From positions 6,709 through 70,708 of the forward strand of contig JAHDVX010000011.1 in assembly GCA_023382455.1 (NCBI GenBank): DNA of 64,000 bases, read 5' to 3'. This DNA is from Flavobacteriales bacterium. Its GTDB lineage: Bacteria > Bacteroidota > Bacteroidia > Flavobacteriales_F > PHOS-HE28. How positions within the stretch are numbered: position 1 is the stretch's first letter; each line of letters starts with the position of its first letter. Shown here one piece after another: positions 1-9,618 of the stretch. Both the position numbers and the translations under genes were made by a program. The notes below the pieces were generated by a model. That model saw only the letters and a program-made list of their open reading frames with translations. It made no database searches and was not told the origin of the DNA.

Positions 1-1
1 G

Positions 2-655
2 AAATTGCAGAAGCAGGTGGACCACCTGGAGCAGCACCCTGGTGATGTGTTGTGTTTCCATGCCGTGGGCATGGAGCATCTGGACGGCCGCATCACGGAG
101 GACCGGATCACCAAGGTGCCCGCCGAATACGCCACCCAAGCCGACTTGGCCCGCAAAGGCAACTACATCCACACACCCAGCGTGGTGTTCCGCAATATCC
201 TGGGCACGCCGCCACCGGAACTGGCGCTCAGTCCCATCGGGGATTTTTTTCTATGGGTAGTGTTGGCCGGACACGGTAATTTGTACCACATGCCGGAGGT
301 GATGGCCAACTACCGCCTTGGTGGGAACTGGTCGGCCACCAGCCGCTACCACCGGGTGATGAACACCGCCTATTGCCATGCCGCCTTGCATGCCTGGGCC
401 AAGCGCATGGGCCATGATGAATTGGCTGCGATCATGTTGCAGCGGATCCGGAGAGCCATTGATGAGCAACGCATGAACCTTCAGTTGGCCGATCTGGCCC
501 GGTTTGGTGCCTATGCCCTGGAGGTGCGCCGATCGGCCCAACAGCACAGGCGCTGGATGATCATGGGCAAACCCGTGCTGCAATTGAAGAATTCGGCAAA
601 GAAGGTCTATCATCGCATCAAGGCTTTGGCCCGCGGGCAACAGGGCGAACCATAG
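2..655 (+). CDS. glycosyltransferase-like protein, C-terminal part (5' end outside window)
   Basis: The frame is open from the window edge to TAG at 653-655. The TTG at 5 is only the first possible start. The product is assigned from context (head of a glycosyltransferase-rich locus) and loose resemblance to C-terminal halves of polysaccharide GT2 enzymes. Confidence 0.45.
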   Translation, partial: KLQKQVDHLEQHPGDVLCFHAVGMEHLDGRITEDRITKVPAEYATQADLARKGNYIHTPSVVFRNILGTPPPELALSPIGDFFLWVVLAGHGNLYHMPEVMANYRLGGNWSATSRYHRVMNTAYCHAALHAWAKRMGHDELAAIMLQRIRRAIDEQRMNLQLADLARFGAYALEVRRSAQQHRRWMIMGKPVLQLKNSAKKVYHRIKALARGQQGEP

Positions 656-669
656 TCGCAACGTCCTCC

Positions 670-1029
670 ATGGAAGTCCGGACCACGACAGAACGAACGG
701 CCGATCGCGAGGTTGGCCCCTTGGTCTCCGTGATCGTGCCCAACTACAACCACGCTGCCTTCCTCAAGGAGCGGATAGCAAGTATTGCTGCGCAAACCAT
801 GCGGGACATGGAGGTGATCCTGCTGGACGATGCCTCCACGGACGGGAGCACAGCGCTGCTGGAGCGCATGGCAGCATCGTTGCCGGGCAAGGTGCAGCTG
901 GTGGTGAACGCGGAGAACAGCGGCAGCCTCTTCAAGCAATGGCTAAAGGGCATCGCCATGGCACCGGTGGCCAAGGGCTTTTGCGGGGATCGCATTCCCT
1001 TGGGCCACACTATTTTGGTCCGCAGGTGA
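670..1029 (+). pseudogene. truncated family-2 glycosyltransferase (N-terminal ~100 aa only)
   Basis: Good GT2 N-terminus (VSVIVPNYNHAAFLKERIASIAAQT, ILLDDASTDGS, NSGSLFKQWLKGI). Family similarity is lost after KGIAMA and the ORF stops at 119 aa. Neither other frame continues the expected acceptor/DxD part. An intact GT2 starts at 1038. Confidence 0.55.
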
Positions 1030-1037
1030 ACGTGGCC

Positions 1038-1922
1038 ATGGAGCTTCCGCTGGTGAGCATCTGCATCCCCACCTTCCAAGGGGAGCGTTTCCTGGAGGAG
1101 GCAATGCGATCCGCCTTCGCGCAAACCTACCCGGCGCTTGAACTGGTGATCTCCGATGACGGCTCCACGGACGGTACACTGGCCGTGGTGGATCGGTTAC
1201 GCCCTGAAGCACCCATGCCAGTGCGGGTGGTCAAGCACCGTCCATCCGGTATCGGCGCCAACTGGAACAACTGCGTGCGGCACGCAAAGGGCGCCTACAT
1301 CAAGTTCCTATTCCAGGATGACCTGCTTGCGCCCAACTGTGTGGCCCGCATGGTAGCCATGGCGGGGAGCGCACCGGAGGTGATGCTGGTGTACAGCCGG
1401 CGGAGGTTGCTGCATGATCCGGACAACCCGCAAGATGCGGCCTGGGTGGCCCGCTACGGCGAGCTTCATCGGGCTTGGCGCAACGCGCGCGTGGAGGAAG
1501 GTGTGATGCCGGGCCGCACCTTGCTCCGCGACCCGGCCCTCCTGGACCTGCCGCGCAACAAGATCGGTGAACCCCCGGCCGTGCTGCTGGACCGCCGCGT
1601 TTTCAACCGCCATGGCTGGTTCAGCACGGAACTCCGCCAGGCCCTCGATTACGTTTTCTGGTACAAGGTGTTGCGGTACGGCCAGGTCGGGTTCGTGGAC
1701 GAGGAGCTCGTCACCTTCCGGTTGCATGCGGCGCAAGCCACACAGGTGAATGCGCGCACCGGCGCCCTGACCGAGCTGGACCGGCTGCCGCTGCATTACC
1801 TGCGGCATCTCGGCAGTTACCTTCACCCTTCCGTGCGTCGCCGGATCTTCTTCGAGTTCACTGCGATGGGCCGCCTGGTGGTGGGGATGGTGCACCGGCT
1901 GCGTACTCTTGCGGGATCATGA
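1038..1922 (+). CDS. glycosyltransferase family 2
   Basis: Motifs SICIPTFQGERFLEEAMRSAFAQTY, LVISDDGSTDGT, FLFQDD. The ATG at 1038 is preferred over the longer ORF from 939, whose first 33 aa look non-coding. Confidence 0.8.
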   Translation: MELPLVSICIPTFQGERFLEEAMRSAFAQTYPALELVISDDGSTDGTLAVVDRLRPEAPMPVRVVKHRPSGIGANWNNCVRHAKGAYIKFLFQDDLLAPNCVARMVAMAGSAPEVMLVYSRRRLLHDPDNPQDAAWVARYGELHRAWRNARVEEGVMPGRTLLRDPALLDLPRNKIGEPPAVLLDRRVFNRHGWFSTELRQALDYVFWYKVLRYGQVGFVDEELVTFRLHAAQATQVNARTGALTELDRLPLHYLRHLGSYLHPSVRRRIFFEFTAMGRLVVGMVHRLRTLAGS

Positions 1923-2830
1923 GCGTGTTCGCGATCATCGTCACGTACAACGGTGCCCCATGGGTACACGCCTGCCTCGGCAGCCTGCGTGCCTCCACCT
2001 TGCCCGTGCAGACCATCGTGGTGGACAACGGCTCCACGGACGGAACACCGGACCTGATCGGCTCCGCCTTCCCGGAGGTGGAACTGGTCCGCACCGGGAA
2101 GAACCTGGGCTTCGGCGCAGCCAACAACGTCGGGATGCGCATGGCGCTGGATCGCGGTGCCGGGCATGTGTTCCTGCTAAACCAGGATGCATGGGTGCAG
2201 CCCGAAACGATCGCGGAACTGATACGGGCCGCCCGGGAACATCCCACCTTCGGGGTCATCAGTCCCATGCACCTGAATGGCACGGGAACGGCGTTGGACG
2301 GCAACTTCTCCAGCTACATCATACCGGCACGCTGCCCTGGCCTGTACTCTGACCTGGTGCTGGGGCACCCCCACGATGCGCCCTACCCGGTCCAGTTCGT
2401 GAATGCGGCAGCCTGGCTGATCACCCGCAACTGCTTGGAAACCGTGGGGGGGTTCAATCCTTCATTCTTCCACTACGGCGAGGACGATAATTACCTGGCC
2501 CGCATGCACTTCCACGGCTTGAAGGCCGGCGTGATGCCCAGCGCGTGGATCCATCACGATCGTGAACAACGAAATGGAAGCCCCCATTTCGAAGATTTTA
2601 CAACCCAAGTACGCAAAGCCTTGATCACCTACTCAGACCCGGCCTGCCGGAAACACATTAAAGTGGAGGTCAATAAGCTCCGGCGCACCATGATACAATG
2701 CCTTTGCTCTGCCCAACGGACGGCATTCCGGACCGCCCGCAGGCACTACCGGGTACTCCAGGTCATGGATGCTCAAGTTGTAGAACGGAACCGGGAGGTT
2801 TCCCGGCTCAAAGGCCCCTCCTTTCTGTAA
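1919..2830 (+). CDS. glycosyltransferase family 2 (rhamnosyltransferase-like)
   Basis: Motifs AIIVTYNGAPW, TIVVDNGSTDGT, NLGFGAANNVG, LLNQDA. The ATG overlaps the upstream stop (ATGA), consistent with an operon. Confidence 0.8.
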   Translation: MSVFAIIVTYNGAPWVHACLGSLRASTLPVQTIVVDNGSTDGTPDLIGSAFPEVELVRTGKNLGFGAANNVGMRMALDRGAGHVFLLNQDAWVQPETIAELIRAAREHPTFGVISPMHLNGTGTALDGNFSSYIIPARCPGLYSDLVLGHPHDAPYPVQFVNAAAWLITRNCLETVGGFNPSFFHYGEDDNYLARMHFHGLKAGVMPSAWIHHDREQRNGSPHFEDFTTQVRKALITYSDPACRKHIKVEVNKLRRTMIQCLCSAQRTAFRTARRHYRVLQVMDAQVVERNREVSRLKGPSFL

Positions 2831-2958
2831 GGAGCTTGTGCACGATAGGAGCCGCTTCCATGATGCCGGCCAACTGGCCTTCGCCCCGCAGGCGAGAACG
2901 TATCATGCCACCCGGCCGACCGGCACCGGCAAACACGTGCGTTCTCCGATCCGCCCGG

Positions 2959-3762
2959 CTAGTCACGGCTTGGTTGAGCCGTCTGGACCTTCCCCTTCAC
3001 AAGCTTCTTCCAGTTCCGTTTTATCCGCAGGAACTGCCATAGGCTGGGCGTGGTATAGGCCGTGCCCCGGCCTTGGGGCTTGGCCTGGGCGGCCAATTCA
3101 GGGAAATGCCGCAGGCAATGGACCAATCCTTCCCCGGAAGCCTCGATCAGCGCGGCCATGGTCTGCGTGATGGTGGCGGGCAGCGTGGGCCCGAACTTGA
3201 TCGGGATGGCCCGCTGCAACAGGATGTTGCCGGTATCGATGCGCCGGTCGATGGCATGGATGGTGAACCCGGTGGTGTCCGACCCGTGGTACAACTGCCA
3301 GATAATGCTTTGGGCGTTCTGGAAGGCCGGCAGCAGCTCATGATGGATATTGATCATGCCCAGCCGGGGGATGTTGAAGATCCCGGGTGTGATGTAGCTG
3401 TTGCCCAAGCTGATGCCCAGTTCGCCCCCCGATTCCCGGAAGAGTTCCTCCGTCCGCCGGGTGTTGATGGCGGCCGTTTCGTGGAAGGGCACACCCCGCT
3501 CCGCACAGGTCTGCTGCACATCCTTGATGCCCAGCTCGCCGTTCACATCAAACCATCCGCGCATGCGGATCCCGTTCAGGGCGCCCAACGGGCCGATGCG
3601 TATCATCTTCCGTGCCTTGCGCCAAGCGTGCCGCCATTTGTTCGCCACTTGGCCTTGGCTGTAGATCACGGCCACCACCTCGCAGCAACCGCTGTCCAAC
3701 AACAACGGCAGGTGATGTCCCGCCGTGCCCTTGCGCCCGCTGGTGAGGATCAACACCTTCAT
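2959..3762 (-). CDS. formyltransferase family protein (sugar N-formyltransferase candidate)
   Basis: Formyl_trans_N-like layout: MKVLILTSG, INIHHELLP, GFTIHAIDRRIDTGNIL. It starts 4 nt downstream of the deacetylase stop. Confidence 0.7.
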   Translation of the reverse strand: MKVLILTSGRKGTAGHHLPLLLDSGCCEVVAVIYSQGQVANKWRHAWRKARKMIRIGPLGALNGIRMRGWFDVNGELGIKDVQQTCAERGVPFHETAAINTRRTEELFRESGGELGISLGNSYITPGIFNIPRLGMINIHHELLPAFQNAQSIIWQLYHGSDTTGFTIHAIDRRIDTGNILLQRAIPIKFGPTLPATITQTMAALIEASGEGLVHCLRHFPELAAQAKPQGRGTAYTTPSLWQFLRIKRNWKKLVKGKVQTAQPSRD

Positions 3763-3765
3763 GGA

Positions 3766-4671
3766 TCACCTCCCCCACTGGTGGAAATTTCCTTGGAAGG
3801 ATGCCCTCCGTGCCGCTTGGACCAGGAAGTGCACGATGTGCGCCAGTTTCCAATCGGCGATGACATGATCCCTGCGGATGACCAGCTCGCGCGGTTCCAA
3901 GGGACGCAGGCCGTTGATGTGGCACCCCCTTTCGGCGGTGGCACAGGAAATGAACCCGCCATCAAAAACGACCTTCCGGGCCGCTTCATTGAAATGGAAG
4001 AAGCGCCCGTACGGGAAGGCAAAGTGCTTGGCCTCACCGCAGCGCTGCATGAGGACCTGCCGCATTCGGCCGCAATCCTCGGTGAACTCCGCGGTCGTCA
4101 TGGCGGCCACGTTGGTATGCGCCATGGTGTGCGACCCGATCTCATGGCCGGCCTTCTGCAGCCGTTCCACATCCTTCCAGTCCAGGAATTCCACCGGGGG
4201 GAAGTGCAGCTTTTCCCGGCAATGCGCCTCGATCACAGCGGACGAATCCTCCCCGATAATGGAGGGATTGATGAAGAAGCAGCCCTTAGCCCCATGGCGT
4301 TCCAGAATGGCGGCCAGGGCCAGGTTGTTCTTGAAGCCATCATCAGAGCTGATGCAGATGTACGGCTTGTCGATTTCGTTCCGGAGCACGCGGTCCACGC
4401 CTTCGCCGTAGGGGATGAACGTATGCTGCCGGGCCAGGTGCGCCATCAGGCGGTCCATCTTCGCCTCCTCATCCTTGAACACGTGGTGGACATAGAGGAA
4501 CTGCACGCGTGGCCGGTCCAGCACCTCCCCCCGGCCCGGCCAGCGGTCCAGGCGGGCCAGTGCATCCAATGCAACATGGCGGGCAAGGCCCCGCATGCCT
4601 GGTGATCTGGACCGCAACACCTGGCGGTACTCCTCCACGAATAGGGTGTTCTGCATTGCGCTCATCCACAT
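3766..4671 (-). CDS. polysaccharide deacetylase (CE4/NodB family)
   Basis: Motifs ISSDDGF, HEIGSHTMAHTN, FAFPYG. The start is set at the ATG cluster at 4656/4665/4671. The 482-aa ORF extension would run through the divergent GT2 gene and is low-complexity. Confidence 0.8.
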   Translation of the reverse strand: MWMSAMQNTLFVEEYRQVLRSRSPGMRGLARHVALDALARLDRWPGRGEVLDRPRVQFLYVHHVFKDEEAKMDRLMAHLARQHTFIPYGEGVDRVLRNEIDKPYICISSDDGFKNNLALAAILERHGAKGCFFINPSIIGEDSSAVIEAHCREKLHFPPVEFLDWKDVERLQKAGHEIGSHTMAHTNVAAMTTAEFTEDCGRMRQVLMQRCGEAKHFAFPYGRFFHFNEAARKVVFDGGFISCATAERGCHINGLRPLEPRELVIRRDHVIADWKLAHIVHFLVQAARRASFQGNFHQWGR

Positions 4672-4706
4672 CCCGGGCGTTGCTTGCCCGACCGATCTTG
4701 GCGGGG

Positions 4707-4714
4707 CGAATGTA
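4707..4714 (-). promoter_or_regulatory. promoter box TACATTCG (deacetylase-formyltransferase operon)
   Basis: Lies in the 100-bp divergent intergenic region and reads TACATTCGCC on the minus strand. Confidence 0.45.
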
Positions 4715-4758
4715 GGCTTGGCAGGCACCGGTTGCGGAGGGTACAAGGACCGAAAGGC

Positions 4759-4766
4759 TACCTTCG
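4759..4766 (+). promoter_or_regulatory. promoter box TACCTTCG, 5 nt before the ATG of the GT2 gene
   Basis: TACCTTCGCCGCC-ATG. Confidence 0.45.
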
Positions 4767-4771
4767 CCGCC

Positions 4772-5827
4772 ATGTCCGCCCCCCTGCCTGCTCCCCGGGT
4801 AAGCGTATTGATGACGCTGTACAACAAGGGCGCTTTTGTGGGGGAAGCCATCCAAAGCGTGCTGGGGCAGACGTTCACCGACTTTGAGCTGCTGGTGGTG
4901 GATGATGCCAGCACGGATGGAGGCCTCGAAGCAGTGCGAGGCTTCAGCGACCCACGGATCCGCATACTGGAAAGCGCGGTGAACACCGGCCGCCCGGCGG
5001 CGGCCAATCGTGGAGTGGCTGCGGCGCGCGGGGAGTACATCGCCTTCCTGGACGCGGACGACGTGATGTACCCCGAGCGGCTGGCCAAGCAGGTGGCCTT
5101 CCTGGATGCCCGCCCGGAGGTGACCATCGTAGGCACCTGCGTGCGCGAGCTGCGGGACGTGGACGAGTTTGTCTGCTGGCCCACCACGCACGAGGAGGGC
5201 CTGGCGCGGATCATCCTCGGCGACGCCTACCTGCATCCTTCCTCCATGGTGCGCGCCACGCTCTTCAGCGACCCGGCGGTGCGCTTTGATGAAAGCTGGC
5301 GGATCCCGGGCATGGATTACCTGTTCCAAGTGGCCGTGTGCCAGCGGGCGGTCTTTGCCAACCTGCCGGAGGTGCTGGGCTGCTACCGCCGGGGCACCAA
5401 CAACTTCCGCAGCGGCCGCGACGGCCGGAACGATCGCCTGCAGATCGCGCGGCGCACCTTCGGGCTGCTGGGCCTGCCGGCCAGCGACCAGGACATCGAG
5501 GACCACGTGACCCTGACCGGCTACCTGCCTGCCGGCCTGAGGGCACGCGACATCAGGCGCCTGCGGCAGTGGCGGGACCGCCTGTTGCAACTGAACGAGG
5601 AGCGCGGGCTGTTCCCCAAGCAGCTGTTCCGCCAAGAGGTGATGGCCTATTGGCACCGGCACTACCACCGGGTGGCCGACCAAGGTTGGTGCGTGGGGCT
5701 GGCGTATTGGTACCACAGTCCGAACCGCCATTGGGCCTGGTTGACATATTTGGCCAAGGTGCAGGTAAAGCGGGCGGTCCGCCGGCCCGGGCCCAAAGGG
5801 GCGGCCACCGTGGCCGGTATCAGCTGA
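4772..5827 (+). CDS. glycosyltransferase family 2
   Basis: Motifs VSVLMTLYNKGAFVGEAIQSVLGQTF, LLVVDDASTDGG, AFLDADD. The ATG at 4772 was verified in sequence. Confidence 0.8.
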   Translation: MSAPLPAPRVSVLMTLYNKGAFVGEAIQSVLGQTFTDFELLVVDDASTDGGLEAVRGFSDPRIRILESAVNTGRPAAANRGVAAARGEYIAFLDADDVMYPERLAKQVAFLDARPEVTIVGTCVRELRDVDEFVCWPTTHEEGLARIILGDAYLHPSSMVRATLFSDPAVRFDESWRIPGMDYLFQVAVCQRAVFANLPEVLGCYRRGTNNFRSGRDGRNDRLQIARRTFGLLGLPASDQDIEDHVTLTGYLPAGLRARDIRRLRQWRDRLLQLNEERGLFPKQLFRQEVMAYWHRHYHRVADQGWCVGLAYWYHSPNRHWAWLTYLAKVQVKRAVRRPGPKGAATVAGIS

Positions 5828-5830
5828 CGC

Positions 5831-6895
5831 ATGGCCATGGAGCACGAACAGAAGAAGGCAGCGGCGGGATCGGGCAAGCCCCTTCCCTCCCCGATCTCCG
5901 TAATCATTCCCTGCTACAACATGGCGCCCTGGGTGGAGCGCTGCGTGTACTCCGTGTTGCGGCAGGAACGGGTACTTGTGGAGGTCATCGCGGTCAACGA
6001 CTGCTCCACGGACAACACCGGCGCCTTGCTGGACGCGCTGGCCTCGGCCGAGCCGCGCCTGAAGGTGCTGCACCTGCCGGTCAATGTGGGGCTGCACGCA
6101 GCGCGCCGGGCGGGTTTCCGGGAGGCACGGCACGACCTGGTCGGCTTTGTGGACAGCGACGACCACATACCGGCCGACATGTATGCCCGGCTGGCGGAAG
6201 CGATGAAACGCACCGGCGCGGACATGGCCTTGGGCGGTTGGCGGGCGGTGGATGAGAACGGCGGCACGGTGGCTGAATTCAGCTATGCCCGGGAGCAGGT
6301 GTTCATGGACGATCTGCCGGGCCGTTTTGCACGCTTCGAATTCAGCAAGGGCGTGGTGTGGAACAAGCTTTACCGGCGGGCGGTGATCGCACCGGCGATG
6401 GCCATGGAACTGGACCGGGCGCTGGACTCGGGCGCGGACTACATCATCGGCTTCGGCAATTTCATGCGGGCCGGGAAGGTGGTCACCGTGCCGGGGGCGA
6501 CGTACTACTACGTGCAGCGCGGGTCCAGCATGTCCAACAGCATGGACCGGGCGAAGGCCTTTGCCTTCCTGATCGATTGCTACACAATATCCTTGGAGCA
6601 ATACGCCGGTGCGGGCACGGCCGTGCTGGACGCGATCGATGCCAGCTATCGGCACCAACTGCGCTTCCCCGCCTATTCGGTGACCGCACCGGACACCCTT
6701 CTTCCCTACCGCGACCAGCTGTCGCGTGCGCTGGGCCGGATGGCGGCGATACGCCCGCAAAGCATCGCTTCCTTGGTGCAGACCTTTCACCCGGAGGCGC
6801 GGCCAGCCGGCCGATCGCCTGTCCGCTACCATTTGGGCCAGGTGCGGCAGGGGCTTGCCGGGGCATTGCGCACCCTTCTGCATCGCTCCCCATAG
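5831..6895 (+). CDS. glycosyltransferase family 2
   Basis: Motifs ISVIIPCYNMAPWVERCVYSVLRQ, VIAVNDCSTDNT, GFVDSDD. It starts 4 nt after the upstream stop. Confidence 0.8.
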   Translation: MAMEHEQKKAAAGSGKPLPSPISVIIPCYNMAPWVERCVYSVLRQERVLVEVIAVNDCSTDNTGALLDALASAEPRLKVLHLPVNVGLHAARRAGFREARHDLVGFVDSDDHIPADMYARLAEAMKRTGADMALGGWRAVDENGGTVAEFSYAREQVFMDDLPGRFARFEFSKGVVWNKLYRRAVIAPAMAMELDRALDSGADYIIGFGNFMRAGKVVTVPGATYYYVQRGSSMSNSMDRAKAFAFLIDCYTISLEQYAGAGTAVLDAIDASYRHQLRFPAYSVTAPDTLLPYRDQLSRALGRMAAIRPQSIASLVQTFHPEARPAGRSPVRYHLGQVRQGLAGALRTLLHRSP

Positions 6896-6909
6896 AGCAG
6901 GATATTGGC

Positions 6910-8139
6910 ATGGGCGCATCGAACGAACTGTGGTTGTTCACCATGAATTTCCCGTACGGCCATGGTGAGGCTTACTTGGAAACGGAGCTGCCGCTGGTGG
7001 CGGCCGGATACGAACGGGTGGTGATCTTACCCTTGGAAGGGCATGGTGCCGCCCGCCCGCTGCCTGCGAACGTGGAGGTGCAGCTGTTGATGCCTGGTGC
7101 ATTGATGTACAAGCCCCTGCCGCTGGGCAAGGTGCTGACCATCCTGCCGCGGTTCCTGCAGCTGTGGAAGGCCGTGGCCCGCACGGCACCCTCCCCCGAG
7201 CTACTCGCCGCCCGCCGCCGGGAGCTGTTCAGCATCCTTCGGCAGACCTTCAATCGCCAGCAGGTGCTGGTGCAAGCCTGCGGCAAGCGGTACGATCCCG
7301 ACCGGGTTACGCTCTACTCCTACTGGACCAGCGATTGGGCAGGGGTGCTGGGCTGCTGGCGGCTGGCCGACCCAAGGGTACAATTCGTAAGCCGTATGCA
7401 TGGCTTCGACCTCTATGCGGAACGGGCAACGGACAAATGGCCCCTGTTACAAGGATTCCACGTGCAACAGGCCAAGCGCATTTTCGTTGCCTCGCAGGCC
7501 GGGCTGGACGACCTGCTGGCCCGCTACCCGGAACGATCCTCCACCTTTCGGCTGGCGCGCTTGGGCACGCACGACCATGGTCGCGGCCCATGGGCCGCCG
7601 CCGATGTGCTGCGCATTGTATCATGCTCCAACCTGGTGCCGCTGAAACGGGTACACCTGATCGCCGAGGCCCTGCGCCATGTGGGAAGGCCCGTACAGTG
7701 GACCCACTTTGGTGACGGTGCGGAACGCAAGGCCGTGGAAGCGGTGGTCAATACCTTGCCCCCCGATATCGATGTGGAGCTGATGGGGAGCCGGCCCAAC
7801 CACGAAGTGATCGCCTGGTACCGCACCCGCCCGGTGGATGTGTTCGTGCATGCCAGCAGCACCGAGGGCGGCGCACCGGTAGCCTTGCAGGAGGCGGCCA
7901 GTTTCGGCATCCCCCTGATCGGCATTGATGCCGGAGGGGTGCGCGAAGTGGTGACCGGTGAAAGCGGTATCCTTTTGGCCCCTGACGCCGGAGCGGTGGA
8001 GATCGGGAATGCCCTGCGGGCTTTCCCGGGGTCGGTCTGGCATCAAGAAAAAGCACGGGAGCAGGTACGGAATTTCTGGAGATCCCGGTTCGATGCAAAT
8101 GCGGTCTACACCGCCTTCCTTCGGGACCTAAGGACGTAG
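6910..8139 (+). CDS. glycosyltransferase family 4 (GT-B, group 1)
   Basis: The C-terminal half has the GT1/GT4 pattern (HFGDGAER, VFVHASSTEGGAPVALQEAASFGIPLIG). The ATG at 6910 is in frame within the longer 6358 ORF, which overlaps the previous gene. Confidence 0.75.
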   Translation: MGASNELWLFTMNFPYGHGEAYLETELPLVAAGYERVVILPLEGHGAARPLPANVEVQLLMPGALMYKPLPLGKVLTILPRFLQLWKAVARTAPSPELLAARRRELFSILRQTFNRQQVLVQACGKRYDPDRVTLYSYWTSDWAGVLGCWRLADPRVQFVSRMHGFDLYAERATDKWPLLQGFHVQQAKRIFVASQAGLDDLLARYPERSSTFRLARLGTHDHGRGPWAAADVLRIVSCSNLVPLKRVHLIAEALRHVGRPVQWTHFGDGAERKAVEAVVNTLPPDIDVELMGSRPNHEVIAWYRTRPVDVFVHASSTEGGAPVALQEAASFGIPLIGIDAGGVREVVTGESGILLAPDAGAVEIGNALRAFPGSVWHQEKAREQVRNFWRSRFDANAVYTAFLRDLRT

Positions 8140-8148
8140 CGGACGCCC

Positions 8149-9618
8149 ATGCTTTTCAACTCCTTCGAGTTCATCTGCATCTTCTTCCCGTTGGTCACGG
8201 GGCTGTACTTCGTGCTGCCGCACCGTTGGCGCTGGCTGCTGCTGCTGGTGGCCAGCTGCTGGTTCTACATGGCCTTCGTGCCGGTGTACATCCTCATCCT
8301 GGGCTTCACCATCGCCGTGGACTACTTCGCGGGCCTGTGGATCGAGCGCAGCGAGGGCCGGAAGCGCAAGCTGCTGCTCACGGCCAGCATCGTGGCCAAC
8401 GTGGGCGTGCTGGCGTTCTTCAAGTACTTCAACTTCCTCAATGAAAGCATCGCCGGGGTGGTGCGCGGCCTGGGTTTCCACTACGGCGTGCCCGACCTGG
8501 GCATCATCCTGCCCATCGGCCTATCCTTCCACACGTTCCAGAGCTTGAGCTACACCATCGAGGTGTACCGCCGCCACCAAAAGGCCGAGCACCGCTTCGG
8601 CATCTTCGCGCTGTACGTCATGTTCTACCCGCAGCTGGTGGCCGGGCCCATCGAGCGGCCGGGCAACCTGCTCAACCAGATCAACAGCACGGTGCCGGGC
8701 ACGGGCATGTTGTCCCGCTTCGACAGTGAACGGGTGATCGAGGGGCTGCGGCAGATGCTCTGGGGCTTCTTCAAAAAACTGGTGATCGCCGACCGCTGCG
8801 CCGTGGTGGTGGACCAGGTGTACGGCGCGCCCGAGCATTACGGCGCGCTCTCCATCGCCTTGGCCACCTACCTCTTCGCCATCCAGATCTACTGCGACTT
8901 CAGCGGCTACACCGACATCGCCCTGGGCGCCGCCCGCGTCATGGGCTTCAACCTGATGGTGAACTTCCGCACGCCCTACCGCAGCGCCAGCATCAGCGAG
9001 TTCTGGTCCCGTTGGCACATCAGCCTCAGCAGCTGGTTCCGCGACTACCTCTACATCCCCCTGGGCGGCAACCGCGTGGTGAAGTGGCGCTGGTACTACA
9101 ACCTGATGATCGTCTTTCTGGTCAGTGGCCTCTGGCACGGGGCCGACTGGACCTACGTGATCTGGGGCGGCCTGCACGGCAGCTACCTCATCCTCGCCTT
9201 GGTGTTCGCCCCGCTGCTGGCGCGGTTCACCCGCGGTATCGGGCTGGACCGGGCCCCGGCCCTGAAGCGCTGGCTGAACATCTTCATCACGGTGCAGCTG
9301 GTGAGCTTCGCCTGGATCTTCTTCCGCGCCGACAGCATCCACGATGCCGGCACACTGGTGCAACGCCTCTTCCAAACGCCCCTGGCGCTGGACGACCTGC
9401 GGCAACTGCTGGCGGACCTGCCGCGCAGCATGCTGGACCTCACCGTGGTGCTGGGCGCCGGATTCGTGTTCATCGATCCGATCTACGACGCCTGGGTGAA
9501 GCGTGAGCAGCCCCTGCCGCGCGGCCTGGCGGGGATCGCGCTCTTTGCCGCGCTGCTCATGGCCATCGTGCTCTTCGGCTACTTCGGTTCCACCAGTTTC
9601 ATCTACTTCCAGTTCTGA
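8149..9618 (+). CDS. MBOAT family O-acyltransferase (AlgI/DltB-like)
   Basis: Multi-pass hydrophobic protein with MBOAT hallmarks: MLFNSFEF start, FWSRWHISLSSWFRDYLYIPLGGNR, SGLWHGA. Confidence 0.85.
   Translation: MLFNSFEFICIFFPLVTGLYFVLPHRWRWLLLLVASCWFYMAFVPVYILILGFTIAVDYFAGLWIERSEGRKRKLLLTASIVANVGVLAFFKYFNFLNESIAGVVRGLGFHYGVPDLGIILPIGLSFHTFQSLSYTIEVYRRHQKAEHRFGIFALYVMFYPQLVAGPIERPGNLLNQINSTVPGTGMLSRFDSERVIEGLRQMLWGFFKKLVIADRCAVVVDQVYGAPEHYGALSIALATYLFAIQIYCDFSGYTDIALGAARVMGFNLMVNFRTPYRSASISEFWSRWHISLSSWFRDYLYIPLGGNRVVKWRWYYNLMIVFLVSGLWHGADWTYVIWGGLHGSYLILALVFAPLLARFTRGIGLDRAPALKRWLNIFITVQLVSFAWIFFRADSIHDAGTLVQRLFQTPLALDDLRQLLADLPRSMLDLTVVLGAGFVFIDPIYDAWVKREQPLPRGLAGIALFAALLMAIVLFGYFGSTSFIYFQF

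Noticed and set aside
2831-2958. Possible gene remnant in the convergent spacer between the GT2 gene and the formyltransferase gene.
   Set aside because: Translations in all frames give no recognisable motif and there is no start/stop structure. The segment is too short to judge.
4469-6919. Very long antisense or overlapping ORFs. Examples: 4469-6919 (-, 816 aa), 12443-15205 (-, 920 aa), 18837-21323 (+, 828 aa), 22363-24369 (-, 668 aa), 25400-27106 (+), 29408-31597 (+), 52089-54140 (+).
   Set aside because: They lie opposite genes with unmistakable family motifs. Their translations are low-complexity (Arg/Gly/Ala/Pro/His-rich), as expected for stop-poor frames in GC-rich DNA. I treat them as shadow ORFs.
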